Source of the DNA: Thermodesulfobium acidiphilum | Lineage (GTDB): Bacteria > Thermodesulfobiota > Thermodesulfobiia > Thermodesulfobiales > Thermodesulfobiaceae | Assembly: GCF_003057965.1 (NCBI RefSeq) | Contig: NZ_CP020921.1 | Location: forward strand, 1,476,916 to 1,540,915 | Direction: 5' to 3' | Length of the DNA: 64,000 nucleotides | Made by a program: the position numbers and the translations under genes | Shown here: piece after piece, positions 47,948-57,251 of the stretch | Numbering within the stretch: position 1 is the stretch's first letter | Layout of the letters: the number at the start of each line of letters is the position of its first letter | The notes under the pieces: model-generated | Databases searched by the model: none | Seen by the model: the letters and a program-made list of their open reading frames with translations, nothing else | What the model was told of the DNA's origin: nothing

Positions 47948-48448
47948 ATGACTAAAACAGAAAGACTAAAAAGCTACGGATGGAATTTTGAAGGTAGTAT
48001 TGCTCACAAAGAATGGAAATTAAATATTGGAGTATCTGACGAACCATACATAGTAGACATGCAAATTGATTTTGAAAACGAGAGAGCTTACTTTAACGTC
48101 AAACATAAAAACATCGAAAAAAAACACGAAGTAGATTTCAAAGAGGCCATCCTTCACGCTACAGAGGGCAATCTTTTTAAAGACTTGCAAAATCCATTTA
48201 AAGAAGAAATAATCCTATCGTATAAAGATGGTAAAGATATCGAAATCCAGATTACAAAGGTACTTAGTCCAAAATTCAAATCAATAATGTTTGATGAAGG
48301 AGGAGAAGAATATTTCATTAGAAAGATAAAGAAATTAGGACAATCATTTATAGAATCCTATGAGAAAATAGACAAAGGCGATGTCGAGAACATATTAAGT
48401 AAAGGCCAAAACGAAAGGGAAAGTTTAATATCAAAATTTTTAGAATAA
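47948..48448 (+). CDS. Hypothetical protein
   Basis: 166-aa ORF with an AAGGGG RBS; no recognised motif. Confidence 0.75.
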   Translation: MTKTERLKSYGWNFEGSIAHKEWKLNIGVSDEPYIVDMQIDFENERAYFNVKHKNIEKKHEVDFKEAILHATEGNLFKDLQNPFKEEIILSYKDGKDIEIQITKVLSPKFKSIMFDEGGEEYFIRKIKKLGQSFIESYEKIDKGDVENILSKGQNERESLISKFLE

Positions 48449-48462
48449 CTTAGGAGGCACTT

Positions 48463-50217
48463 TTGAACAGACTGATTGATATGGACGAAGAACAAGTCCA
48501 ATATATAAAGAAGTGGGGATTCTTAAGCGTCATAATAGGAATTGCTGGCGGACTGGGCGCAATATTTTTCTACAGCGCTATACAATTTTGTACGTATTTA
48601 TTTCTGGGTCTCAGTGCAGGATGCTATCCTCCTTCTCCTGCAGGAGAAGGAGTTACAAAGATAGTCCCCATATTAAGGTATTGGATGATTCCAGTATCTA
48701 CTACAATTGGTGGTCTTTTAAGTGGCTTCTTGGTTTATAAGTTCGCACCAGAAGCAGAGGGACATGGCACAGACGCAGCAATTGACGCATTTCACAACAA
48801 AAAGGGGATAATACGAAAACGCATCCCCCTTATAAAAACAATTGCATCGGCAATAACAATTGGAAGCGGAGGGAGCGCAGGAAGAGAGGGTCCCACAGCA
48901 CAAATAGCAGCAGGAATAGGCTCAATAGTAGCACAAAGCTTAAATTTGAGCGTTAAGGACAGACGACTTGCGGTAGTAGTTGGGATAGGAGCAGGAATAG
49001 GTTCAATTTTCAAAGCCCCACTTGGCGGAGCGCTTCTGAGCACTGAAATACTTTATTTAGATGGCTTCGAGATAGACGCACTTATACCATCTTTCGTTGC
49101 ATCCTTGATAGGGTATGTAATATTTGCTTCTTATAAAGGATACACTCCAATATTTGGCAAATTCCCTACTAATTACTCTTTTTCCCCTCAAAGCCTTGTA
49201 TATTTTGCTATTCTCGGTTTATTATGCGGCCTTATCGGAATTCTATATACAAAAACTTTTTATGGAACAACAGCTTTATTTAAAAAAATAAAGATTCCTA
49301 ACACCTTCAAACCTGCAATAGGAGGTCTAATTGTTGGGCTAATCGGCATGTTATATCCGCAAATTCTTAGCATGGGCTATGGTTGGATTCAAATAGGAAT
49401 GAATAACTCAATTCCATTAGAAATTGTAATAGCTATAATTTTTCTAAAAATAATCGCGACGTCTCTAACAATAGGCTCAGGGGGAAGCGGCGGCGTTTTT
49501 GCGCCAGGGCTATTTATTGGCAGTATGGTTGGACTTGCCTTATGGAAGATCATTAGCTTGTCACCTCTTCACATTTCATATATACCAGAGGTTTTTATGG
49601 TTATAGGCATGATGGCACTGTTCGGAGGAGTAGCAAGATGCCCTCTTGCAGTAATGTTTATGGTTAGCGAAATGACAGGCGGATATGTACTAACGATTCC
49701 TGCGATGATAGCAGTTGCCATATCGTACGTCATAGTTGGTAAAAATACTATATATAAGAGCCAGGTAAAATCACCATCCGAATCTCCAGCCCACAAATTT
49801 GACTACTATAAGCCTATTCTTGACAAGATAAAAACAAAAGAAATATTAATAAAAGATGTCCCTATTGTAACTGAGGAAGACAGTATAAAAGCTGCCGCAG
49901 AAACTTTAAAAAAACACAAGATATCAGGAATGCCTGTTTGCTCGGCTCAAAACAATTCATTAGTTGGTGTTGTTTGTAATCAGGATCTATTAAACAACTG
50001 CGAAGGAGGAAAGGATAAAAAAGTTGCAGATATAATGAATTCACCTGCAATAATAATATCCCCAGAGGATAGCCTTTACAATGCCCTATCTTTAATGTAT
50101 AAAAACGACATATCTTTTTTGCCAGTTGTAGATAAAAACGTACTATTGGGCATGATTACGAGAGAAAAAGTATTAGAAACTTACTTTAATAATATCGGCA
50201 AAGAAAGTTCAGAATAA
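48463..50217 (+). CDS. ClC family chloride channel/antiporter with C-terminal CBS domains
   Basis: APEAEGHGTD, GGSAGREGP, F.APLGG..E and GGSGGVFAP; two CBS repeats. Confidence 0.95.
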   Translation: MNRLIDMDEEQVQYIKKWGFLSVIIGIAGGLGAIFFYSAIQFCTYLFLGLSAGCYPPSPAGEGVTKIVPILRYWMIPVSTTIGGLLSGFLVYKFAPEAEGHGTDAAIDAFHNKKGIIRKRIPLIKTIASAITIGSGGSAGREGPTAQIAAGIGSIVAQSLNLSVKDRRLAVVVGIGAGIGSIFKAPLGGALLSTEILYLDGFEIDALIPSFVASLIGYVIFASYKGYTPIFGKFPTNYSFSPQSLVYFAILGLLCGLIGILYTKTFYGTTALFKKIKIPNTFKPAIGGLIVGLIGMLYPQILSMGYGWIQIGMNNSIPLEIVIAIIFLKIIATSLTIGSGGSGGVFAPGLFIGSMVGLALWKIISLSPLHISYIPEVFMVIGMMALFGGVARCPLAVMFMVSEMTGGYVLTIPAMIAVAISYVIVGKNTIYKSQVKSPSESPAHKFDYYKPILDKIKTKEILIKDVPIVTEEDSIKAAAETLKKHKISGMPVCSAQNNSLVGVVCNQDLLNNCEGGKDKKVADIMNSPAIIISPEDSLYNALSLMYKNDISFLPVVDKNVLLGMITREKVLETYFNNIGKESSE

Positions 50218-50220
50218 AGT

Positions 50221-50248
50221 TTGCAAATGTTAAATTATTTGATATAAT
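50221..50248 (+). promoter_or_regulatory. Promoter of the tRNA operon
   Basis: TTGCAA-16nt-TATAAT with an extended -10 (TGaTATAAT). Confidence 0.7.
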
Positions 50249-50271
50249 TCAAATACATAAAATGTTTATTA

Positions 50272-50346
50272 GCGGGCGTAGTTCAATGGTAGAGCATCGG
50301 CTTCCCAAGCCGAGGGTTGAGGGTTCGAGCCCCTTCGCCCGCTCCA
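50272..50346 (+). tRNA. tRNA-Gly (anticodon CCC)
   Basis: GCGGGCG acceptor stem, anticodon arm TCGGC-TTCCCAA-GCCGA, GGTTCGA T-loop, encoded CCA. Confidence 0.97.
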
Positions 50347-50354
50347 GTTAATAT

Positions 50355-50429
50355 GGCGACGTGGCCAAGCGGTAAGGCAAGGGCCTGCAAAGCCCTCATT
50401 CCCCAGTTCGAATCTGGGCGTCGCCTCCA
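50355..50429 (+). tRNA. tRNA-Cys (anticodon GCA)
   Basis: GGCGACG acceptor stem, AGGGC-CTGCAAA-GCCCT, GTTCGAAT, ends TCCA. Confidence 0.97.
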
Positions 50430-50438
50430 AAATCAAAT

Positions 50439-50523
50439 GCCGGGGTGGCGAAATGGCAGACGCAACGGACTTAAAATCCGTCGGGCATCCCCCGTGTGGG
50501 TTCGAGTCCCACCCCCGGCACCA
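50439..50523 (+). tRNA. tRNA-Leu (anticodon TAA)
   Basis: GCCGGGG acceptor stem, ACGGA-CTTAAAA-TCCGT, long variable arm, ends ACCA. Confidence 0.97.
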
Positions 50524-50575
50524 TTTTATCTTGTAGAATAAAGATTTAAAAAAATAAAATTTTAGGGAAGTAAAA

Positions 50576-51022
50576 ATGAGCGACAAAGTAAAAGTTGGGA
50601 TAATTATTTGCGATCGCTACAGGTCGTGTGCAGGGGGCAAGTGTTTTAGGTCTTTGCAAGATCGAGAAGGTGCCTTCTCGATCTACAAGGACAAGGAAGT
50701 TGAGATTGCTGGATATACCTCATGCGGCGGTTGTCCGGGCGGAAATATTGAATATGCACCTGAAGAGATGATAAAAAATGGCGTCAATGCGATTCACCTT
50801 GCAACTGGACTAATTGTAGGCTATCCTCCATGCCCGTACATCAATTACTTCAAATCTTTTATAGAAGAAAAATATAAGATCCCGGCAGTAATAGGTACAC
50901 ATCCTATTCCAGAAAAATACCTTAAAACACACTCAAAATTGGGGACATACGATAACCAAGAATGGCGTGAAATAATTAAGCTAACCTTAACCAATGAAAA
51001 AGTTCGCCTATCTTACGACTAA
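50576..51022 (+). CDS. CGGC domain protein
   Basis: GIIICDRY..CAGGKC, G...CGGCPG, YPPCP and GTH. Confidence 0.92.
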   Translation: MSDKVKVGIIICDRYRSCAGGKCFRSLQDREGAFSIYKDKEVEIAGYTSCGGCPGGNIEYAPEEMIKNGVNAIHLATGLIVGYPPCPYINYFKSFIEEKYKIPAVIGTHPIPEKYLKTHSKLGTYDNQEWREIIKLTLTNEKVRLSYD

Positions 51023-51111
51023 AAATTTTTAATAAACAATCCACTTTGTCAAGCGAATACTTTTTATGGATATTTATGCCAAGAAACGCTATAAAAAGTA
51101 TTCGAAGTTAG

Positions 51112-51987
51112 ATGAGCGTTATTCAAGTTGAATCATTAACAAAATATTATAAAAAGCTAAAAGTCCTTGAAGGGATTAGCTTCTCGTTGGAAGAAGGGCA
51201 GATATTCTCTCTCATTGGACCAAACGGTTCAGGAAAGACCACGCTTACAAAAATAATATCTGGTTTTTCAAAAGCTAACTCTGGAAAGATAAAAATCTTT
51301 GGAAGAAGCACAGATGAGTTTAAAAAAATAAAAAATAAAATTGGTTTGGTTCCTCAAGAAAACAATTTAGACCAAGACATCAATGTACTTGAAAACCTTA
51401 TAGTACACTCAGAACTATGTGGCTTAAACATAAAAATTGCTAAAGAGAGATCTTTAAATCTGCTGCAGAAATTCGGACTTGATAAATATAAACACGAAGA
51501 TATAAGAAATCTCTCTGGCGGCACAAAAAGAAAGATTATGCTTTTAAGGGCACTTTTAACCGATCCCAAGCTATTAATCCTGGATGAACCTACTGTTGGA
51601 CTTGATCCATCTATCAGAAGACAATTTTGGGATATAATAATCGGTTTAAAATCCCAAAACGTATCAACAATATTTACTACACACTATATGGAAGAAGCAA
51701 GTTTTTTGGCAGATACAATTGCCTTTCTAAATAAGGGTAAGTTGATTTTAAGCGGAAATCCGCAGGATCTTATAAAAAATATCCTTGAAAATTTTGTATT
51801 TGAAATAAAAAAAAGGATATCAATTGAAAGCTACAAAAGTTATATATATGAAGACAAAACCTTTATTTTCACGTCAAACAAAGAAGGTTTGCTTTCAAAG
51901 CTAAAATTATTTGGGATAGAACCATGTACAATAAGAGAAACTACTCTTGACGATCTCTTTTTGTATCTTACTGGAGAAAAAGTTTGA
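51112..51987 (+). CDS. ABC transporter ATP-binding protein (NodI/DrrA-like)
   Basis: GPNGSGKTT, IG.VPQENNLD, LSGG.KR, LDEPTVGLDP and TTHYMEEA. Confidence 0.93.
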   Translation: MSVIQVESLTKYYKKLKVLEGISFSLEEGQIFSLIGPNGSGKTTLTKIISGFSKANSGKIKIFGRSTDEFKKIKNKIGLVPQENNLDQDINVLENLIVHSELCGLNIKIAKERSLNLLQKFGLDKYKHEDIRNLSGGTKRKIMLLRALLTDPKLLILDEPTVGLDPSIRRQFWDIIIGLKSQNVSTIFTTHYMEEASFLADTIAFLNKGKLILSGNPQDLIKNILENFVFEIKKRISIESYKSYIYEDKTFIFTSNKEGLLSKLKLFGIEPCTIRETTLDDLFLYLTGEKV

Positions 51988-52730
51988 TACCATTTTTAAT
52001 AATATTCAAAAGAAATATTATCTCATTTAAAAAGCGAGCCTGGGGCACATTGATAAGTGGGATAGATCCTTTACTTTTTCTTTTAGCCTTTGGCTTTGGT
52101 ATAGGAAAATTTATTCCCAGTGTTGAGGGTTTATCTTATGTTGAATTTATAGCGCCTGCAATGGTTGTTATAAGCGTTTTATACGGTTCATTTTTTGAAA
52201 CAACTTACAATGCCTTTGTAAGGATGTATTACGAAAACATATATACAGCCTGGCTATCTACAAACGCTACAGTAAAAGACATTGTTTTGGGGGAAATGCT
52301 TTGGGGGGCTTTTAGAGGAACGCTATATGCAATAATAGTAATTTTTGTCTTGTCTTGTTTTGGATTAATAAAAAATTTAAGCTTTTTAATAATAATTTTA
52401 GTTTTGCCACTTCTTGGGTTAACGTTTGCATCAATTGGCATGTTTTTTACTTCAGTAGTGCCTAATATAATGTTTTTTGATTATCTTTATTTTGTATACA
52501 TAAATCCAATGATATTGTTCTCTGGAACATATTTCCCTATTAATATATTACCAATATTTCTAAAAATAATTCTAAAAACTCTTTTTCCTTTATATTATGC
52601 AGTGAAGATTTCAAGAGAATTTTATCTTGGTCAATCACTAGACATAATAAATATAATAATATTGTTGATAATAACAGTAATCTTCACAATTTTGGGAATC
52701 AAGTTTTTAAAAATTAGGTTGATAAATTAG
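51984..52730 (+). CDS. ABC-2 permease (NodJ-like)
   Basis: DPLLFLLAFG.G.G, Y.EFIAP, FETTY..F.RM and FSGT.FP. Confidence 0.9.
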   Translation: MIPFLIIFKRNIISFKKRAWGTLISGIDPLLFLLAFGFGIGKFIPSVEGLSYVEFIAPAMVVISVLYGSFFETTYNAFVRMYYENIYTAWLSTNATVKDIVLGEMLWGAFRGTLYAIIVIFVLSCFGLIKNLSFLIIILVLPLLGLTFASIGMFFTSVVPNIMFFDYLYFVYINPMILFSGTYFPINILPIFLKIILKTLFPLYYAVKISREFYLGQSLDIINIIILLIITVIFTILGIKFLKIRLIN

Positions 52731-53113
52731 CGATGAATAAATACACTATACCCCAAAATACTCAAAACAAAGATTACTATAAGCGTATAAAAAATATAAA
52801 TAAAAGCATTCGATCTATACTCTCCCAATTCAATTCTTCTTTTCACAACGATATAATCTATGAGCCCGACAATAACAGTTAAAAAAGAAAGCCCCGCAAA
52901 AACAACAGCCACCCAATAAAGATATAGACTCTTCTCTTCAGGGATGCCAAATGTGGGACCAAGATAGTGGATAAAGAGATCGAATCTATCAAGGAGAACG
53001 CTAAACGCCATCAATCCAAGTGATGTCCTAATCCAGGAAAGAAGCGTTCTGACAGCAGCCATACTTTCTTTGGCATCTTCTTCTTTTATATTATTTTTTC
53101 TTCCAAGAAACAA
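52727..53113 (-). CDS. DUF202 (YidH-like) membrane protein
   Basis: MAAVRTLLSWIRTSL.L..F motif, 3 TM. Confidence 0.85.
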   Translation of the reverse strand: MFLGRKNNIKEEDAKESMAAVRTLLSWIRTSLGLMAFSVLLDRFDLFIHYLGPTFGIPEEKSLYLYWVAVVFAGLSFLTVIVGLIDYIVVKRRIELGEYRSNAFIYIFYTLIVIFVLSILGYSVFIHR

Positions 53114-53136
53114 GTTATTAACCTCTTTTTAATGAA

Positions 53137-53544
53137 CTATGCCCTTATAAGAACAAATAAAACCAAAACCAATAAAACAGCTACAACGAAAGACATATAT
53201 CCTATATGGTATTCTGGAGAACATTGAAAATATCCTGCTCTTATCTTTCTTACATTTTGGACATAGTCTATTGCACCAGCAAGTATTGTGCAAACTGACA
53301 TCAAGAGAAGTAAGATAACAATTATATGTATTGAACCTACCGTCCCCCTTATGTATGAAGAAATACCTGGTTGAGTTTGAAGCCAAACATCTACTTTATC
53401 AAGAGCAATACCAAAACCCAACATATTAAAAGCTGTCCTGACCCATGCCAAAAATGTCCTGACAGCAGCCATCGCAAATCTTGGATCCACATAAGTCATC
53501 CTATCTTCTTCAAGACGAAGAATTTTTCTAAGAAGATTCATCAA
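53137..53544 (-). CDS. DUF202 (YidH-like) membrane protein
   Basis: DPRF.MAAVRTFLAWVRT...GFG motif, 3 TM. Confidence 0.85.
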   Translation of the reverse strand: MMNLLRKILRLEEDRMTYVDPRFAMAAVRTFLAWVRTAFNMLGFGIALDKVDVWLQTQPGISSYIRGTVGSIHIIVILLLLMSVCTILAGAIDYVQNVRKIRAGYFQCSPEYHIGYMSFVVAVLLVLVLFVLIRA

Positions 53545-53698
53545 CTTTACTTCACCCCATACTATATAAATTTAATTAATTATAAAACAAAAATTATTTT
53601 ATATGAAATAAAGTTTATCAAATAATAAATATTAACAAAATTTAACTTTTGCATATATAATATGCACTAATATACTGCAGAAAAGGGTGTGTATAACG

Positions 53699-55156
53699 AT
53701 GGAAAGAAAAATAAAAAAGGTACTTATTGCAAATCGAGGAGTTAGTGCAGTAAGGGTGATGCACACATGCAGAGATAAAAAGATCCCAACTACAGCTGTA
53801 TATAGTACTCCTGATAGATTGGGATTACACGTGCTCTCATCTGATTCTGCAGTACATATCGGAGAAGCTCCACCAATAAAATCCTATCTAAATATGGATG
53901 CAATAATTGAGGCAGCTTTAAAAACTGGATGCAATGCTGTGCACCCAGGATGGGGATTTCTCTCAGAAAATCACATATTTGCTCAAAGAGTTATAGATGC
54001 AGGACTTATATGGATCGGGCCAAAGCCAAAAGTTATAAAATCTATGGGAGATAAGATAGAGGCAAAAAAATGGGCAAAACGTGCAAATGTTCCTGTAATA
54101 CCCGGCATAGACAATGCCAAAAGTTATGAAGAAATTATAAATTGGATGAAGGAAGAAGATGTATCTTTCCCAATTTTAGTTAAAGCCTCAGCTGGCGGCG
54201 GAGGCAAGGGCATGCTAAAGGTTGAAAAGACAGAGGACATCCAAAGCGCATTTACCCAGGTAAAATCTGAAGCACTTAAGTCCTTTGGTGATGATAAAGT
54301 TCTTGTAGAAAAATACATAGAAAGAGGAAGGCATATAGAAGTCCAAATTATAGCCGATGAATATGGCTCTATATGTCATCTTTTCGAAAGAGAATGCACA
54401 ATTCAAAGGAGAAATCAAAAAATCATTGAAGAAACACCATCTCCAAGCCTTGACGACACTCTCAGACAAGAAATATGTTTTACAGCAGTAAGGTTTATGA
54501 GAGAGATTGGTTATACATCTGCTGGAACAGTAGAATTTTTATACGACTCAAACACAAAAAAATTCTATTTTCTCGAAGTAAATACAAGGCTTCAGGTGGA
54601 ACATGGTATTACAGAACTCTCAACTGGACTTGATATTGTGAGCTTAATGATAGACATAGCGGAAGGTAAAAAATTACCTTTCAACCAATCAGACATACAT
54701 CAAAATAGGTGGTCAATAGAGTGTAGGTTAAACGCTGAAGACCCTAAAAACTTCTCTCCATCTTTCGGAAGAATCACAAGACTTCAGGTTCCACATGGAC
54801 CAGGTATAAGAATTTCTCCTGGCGCATATGAGGGTGCATCCATACCTCCCTTTTATGATTCAATGTTTATGCTCTTAATTAGTGCTGGAGCAGATAGAAC
54901 AGATGCAATAAGAACAATGGACAGGGCCTTATCTAGAGGATTAAGAGTTGAAGGAGTTAAGACAATTGCTCCACTTCTTCTTAGTATACTAAGGCACCCA
55001 AAATTTATTTCGGGAGAGTTTTCAACTAGATTCATCGAAGAACATATGGACGAATTGGTATCATCTTTCAAAGAAAGAGACCCGGAAGATGAAGTCTTAA
55101 AGATTGCCCGTTACGTTGCAGAAATAAGCGCACTTGGCCAACAAAAGTGGATGTGA
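53699..55156 (+). CDS. Biotin carboxylase subunit (pyruvate carboxylase subunit A-like)
   Basis: KVLIANRG, HPGWGFLSEN, KASAGGGGKGM, RECTIQRRNQK, FLEVNTRLQVEH and YDS. Confidence 0.95.
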   Translation: MERKIKKVLIANRGVSAVRVMHTCRDKKIPTTAVYSTPDRLGLHVLSSDSAVHIGEAPPIKSYLNMDAIIEAALKTGCNAVHPGWGFLSENHIFAQRVIDAGLIWIGPKPKVIKSMGDKIEAKKWAKRANVPVIPGIDNAKSYEEIINWMKEEDVSFPILVKASAGGGGKGMLKVEKTEDIQSAFTQVKSEALKSFGDDKVLVEKYIERGRHIEVQIIADEYGSICHLFERECTIQRRNQKIIEETPSPSLDDTLRQEICFTAVRFMREIGYTSAGTVEFLYDSNTKKFYFLEVNTRLQVEHGITELSTGLDIVSLMIDIAEGKKLPFNQSDIHQNRWSIECRLNAEDPKNFSPSFGRITRLQVPHGPGIRISPGAYEGASIPPFYDSMFMLLISAGADRTDAIRTMDRALSRGLRVEGVKTIAPLLLSILRHPKFISGEFSTRFIEEHMDELVSSFKERDPEDEVLKIARYVAEISALGQQKWM

Positions 55157-55165
55157 GGTGAGGTT

Positions 55166-57184
55166 ATGTCTGAATATATTTTTGTCAAACCTGGAATGAG
55201 TCCTTCAGAAGTAGTAAAGAGCGTCAGAAATCTAAATGGGGTTTGTTTTACTTCCACAGGCATGAGAGATGCAGGTCAATCAGATTTTAAGAATAGACAC
55301 AGAATCTATGATCTTAAAACACTTGCGCCACTTTATAACAAAATGGGTCTTTTCAGTTCAGAATGTCATGGGGGCGCAAGATGGCATGTGGGGGTAATGA
55401 ACAGAAAAGAATCGCCCTTTGAAGAAATAGAGATATACAGAGAATTAATGCCTAATGTATTACTTCAAACCCTAGTAAGAGAAACCAATCTTTGGGGATA
55501 CAGACCGTATCCAAAAAACGTAATCGAATATGTTGTTTCTAAAGTTGATATTGACGTTTGGAGATGCTTTTCCTTTTTAAATGACATAAGAAACATGAAA
55601 ACAGTTGCAGAGGTAGTAATGAGTAGAGGAAAGCTTTTCGAACCTGCAATCTCGTTTACCGAGGTAGAATGGGCTACAAACGAATATTATCTAAAAACAG
55701 TCGATGAAATTGTTTCTCTTTGTTCTGGAATAAATGAAATAATACTATGCATAAAGGATATGGCAGGAGTTGGTAGCCCAAAAAGAATATATAGCTTAAT
55801 AGATTCTATAAAACAAAAATATCCAGACCTGGTAATTCACTACCACAGACATACTACAGATGGACTTGCTCTTCCGGCATACCTTGCAGCAGCCCAAGCA
55901 GGTGCAAAAATAATAGACGTAGAGGAAGACTCATTAGTTAGGTTTTACGGACAACCTCCAATTATGAGCACCTATGCATACCTTACAGAATCTGGAATAA
56001 ACGTTCACCTAAACACCAAGGCAGCTTTTGAGGCAATTCAAACAGTAAGAGAATGGATAAAGCATTACGAATGGGCTGAGTCCCCCTTTAAAGGGTTTGA
56101 CTATTTTGTAACTAAACACAAAATGCCTGGTGGAGCTTTTCCTAGTTCTTTTGAACAAGCTCAAAAAGGCGGTTTTTTAAACCTAATGCCACATATATTA
56201 AAATTAATGTCTCTTTACAATAGAATAGTTAAATATTTTGATGTAACTCCTGGATCGCAAATAACCTGGGTTACGTGTAGCGGAATAATTAATAGATATT
56301 CAAAAGAGAGAGGTGAAGCTGGAGTAACTCATATCATAAGACTTTTAGAAAAATTCGTTGAAGAAAAGAATTGTAAATTTGAAGAAATGAACGATGAAGA
56401 AAAAAATGAATTGTTAGAACTTTTTAAAAATGCGCCAGGCGATTTTAAGAATTTGCTTCTCGGACTTTATGGAAAACTTCCTGTAGGATGGCCTGATGAT
56501 TGGGTTTATCAAAGCACTTTTTCAGATGAATGGGAAGAAAAAATAAAATCAAGAGTTGACGTGTCGCCATTAGAACATATTGAAGAAGAGGATCTAGAAA
56601 GAACAAGAGAAGAGTTGAAAGAAAAAATTTCAAGATTACCTTCAGAAGAAGAGTTTATTCTTTATCTAATGCACCCAAAGGATGCTATAGAAATGATTAA
56701 TTTTAGAGAAAAATATGGAGATGCTCCAATAGTACTTCCAACAAACGTTTTTATCAACGGATTGAAGAATCCAGGAGATAAAGTAGAATTTACTTTCTCT
56801 GAAAAGCCTTATACCCTTGAATTAGTTTCTATAGGGAAAGAACATGAAGGCATTATTCACGTAGTTATGGAGGTAAACAACAAAACTAGAGTATATAAAG
56901 TCGAAACGCCAAGAGCAAAGAAAAAGGAAATTAGATTTGCAAAAGGTTCTAATGAGCTTGGTTCTCCCATCAATGGTAATATCTGGAGACTTGGTAATCC
57001 AAAAAGAGACCCTATAAAAGTAGGAGACATATACCACAAAGGTGAAGAAATAGCAAATCTCGAAGCTATGAAAATGGAAACCCCCCTTCTTGCGCCATTT
57101 GACTGCATGATAAAAGAAATATGTGTAAATCTTAACGAAAGTGTGGTAGAAAACCAGCTTCTATTTGTACTAAAACAAATTTAA
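55166..57184 (+). CDS. Carboxyltransferase + biotin-carrier subunit (pyruvate carboxylase subunit B-like)
   Basis: RDAGQS, LCIKDMAG, HRH.TDG, VTPGSQ and the biotinylation motif EAMKME. Confidence 0.92.
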   Translation: MSEYIFVKPGMSPSEVVKSVRNLNGVCFTSTGMRDAGQSDFKNRHRIYDLKTLAPLYNKMGLFSSECHGGARWHVGVMNRKESPFEEIEIYRELMPNVLLQTLVRETNLWGYRPYPKNVIEYVVSKVDIDVWRCFSFLNDIRNMKTVAEVVMSRGKLFEPAISFTEVEWATNEYYLKTVDEIVSLCSGINEIILCIKDMAGVGSPKRIYSLIDSIKQKYPDLVIHYHRHTTDGLALPAYLAAAQAGAKIIDVEEDSLVRFYGQPPIMSTYAYLTESGINVHLNTKAAFEAIQTVREWIKHYEWAESPFKGFDYFVTKHKMPGGAFPSSFEQAQKGGFLNLMPHILKLMSLYNRIVKYFDVTPGSQITWVTCSGIINRYSKERGEAGVTHIIRLLEKFVEEKNCKFEEMNDEEKNELLELFKNAPGDFKNLLLGLYGKLPVGWPDDWVYQSTFSDEWEEKIKSRVDVSPLEHIEEEDLERTREELKEKISRLPSEEEFILYLMHPKDAIEMINFREKYGDAPIVLPTNVFINGLKNPGDKVEFTFSEKPYTLELVSIGKEHEGIIHVVMEVNNKTRVYKVETPRAKKKEIRFAKGSNELGSPINGNIWRLGNPKRDPIKVGDIYHKGEEIANLEAMKMETPLLAPFDCMIKEICVNLNESVVENQLLFVLKQI

Positions 57185-57201
57185 AAATTTAATAATAAAG
57201 A

Positions 57202-57245
57202 AAGAAGAGCCGCGCCTGTTATTACAGTACTCACGGCTCTTTCTT
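57202..57245. terminator. Hairpin between the convergent carboxylase and hcp genes
   Basis: AAGAGCCG...CGGCTCTT stem flanked by A- and T-rich runs. Confidence 0.65.
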
Positions 57246-57251
57246 AAACGG

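Noticed and set aside
48463-50217. Fluoride-specific CLC-F exporter with a fluoride riboswitch
   Set aside because: The motifs are GREGP and GVFAP rather than GREGT and GEVTP, and no riboswitch is visible.
50269-50586. ORFs 50269..50586 (-) and 50317..50541 (+)
   Set aside because: They overlap three tRNA genes and are spurious.
53049-53472. Short direct repeat (CTGACAGCAGCCAT) at about 53049 and 53459
   Set aside because: It is explained by the shared MAAVR coding motif of the tandem DUF202 paralogues and is not a mobile-element end.
50500-53544. Genomic island integrated at tRNA-Leu
   Set aside because: No integrase, and I did not see a repeat of the tRNA 3' end in the window. The CGGC gene looks somewhat GC-richer, but that is not enough.
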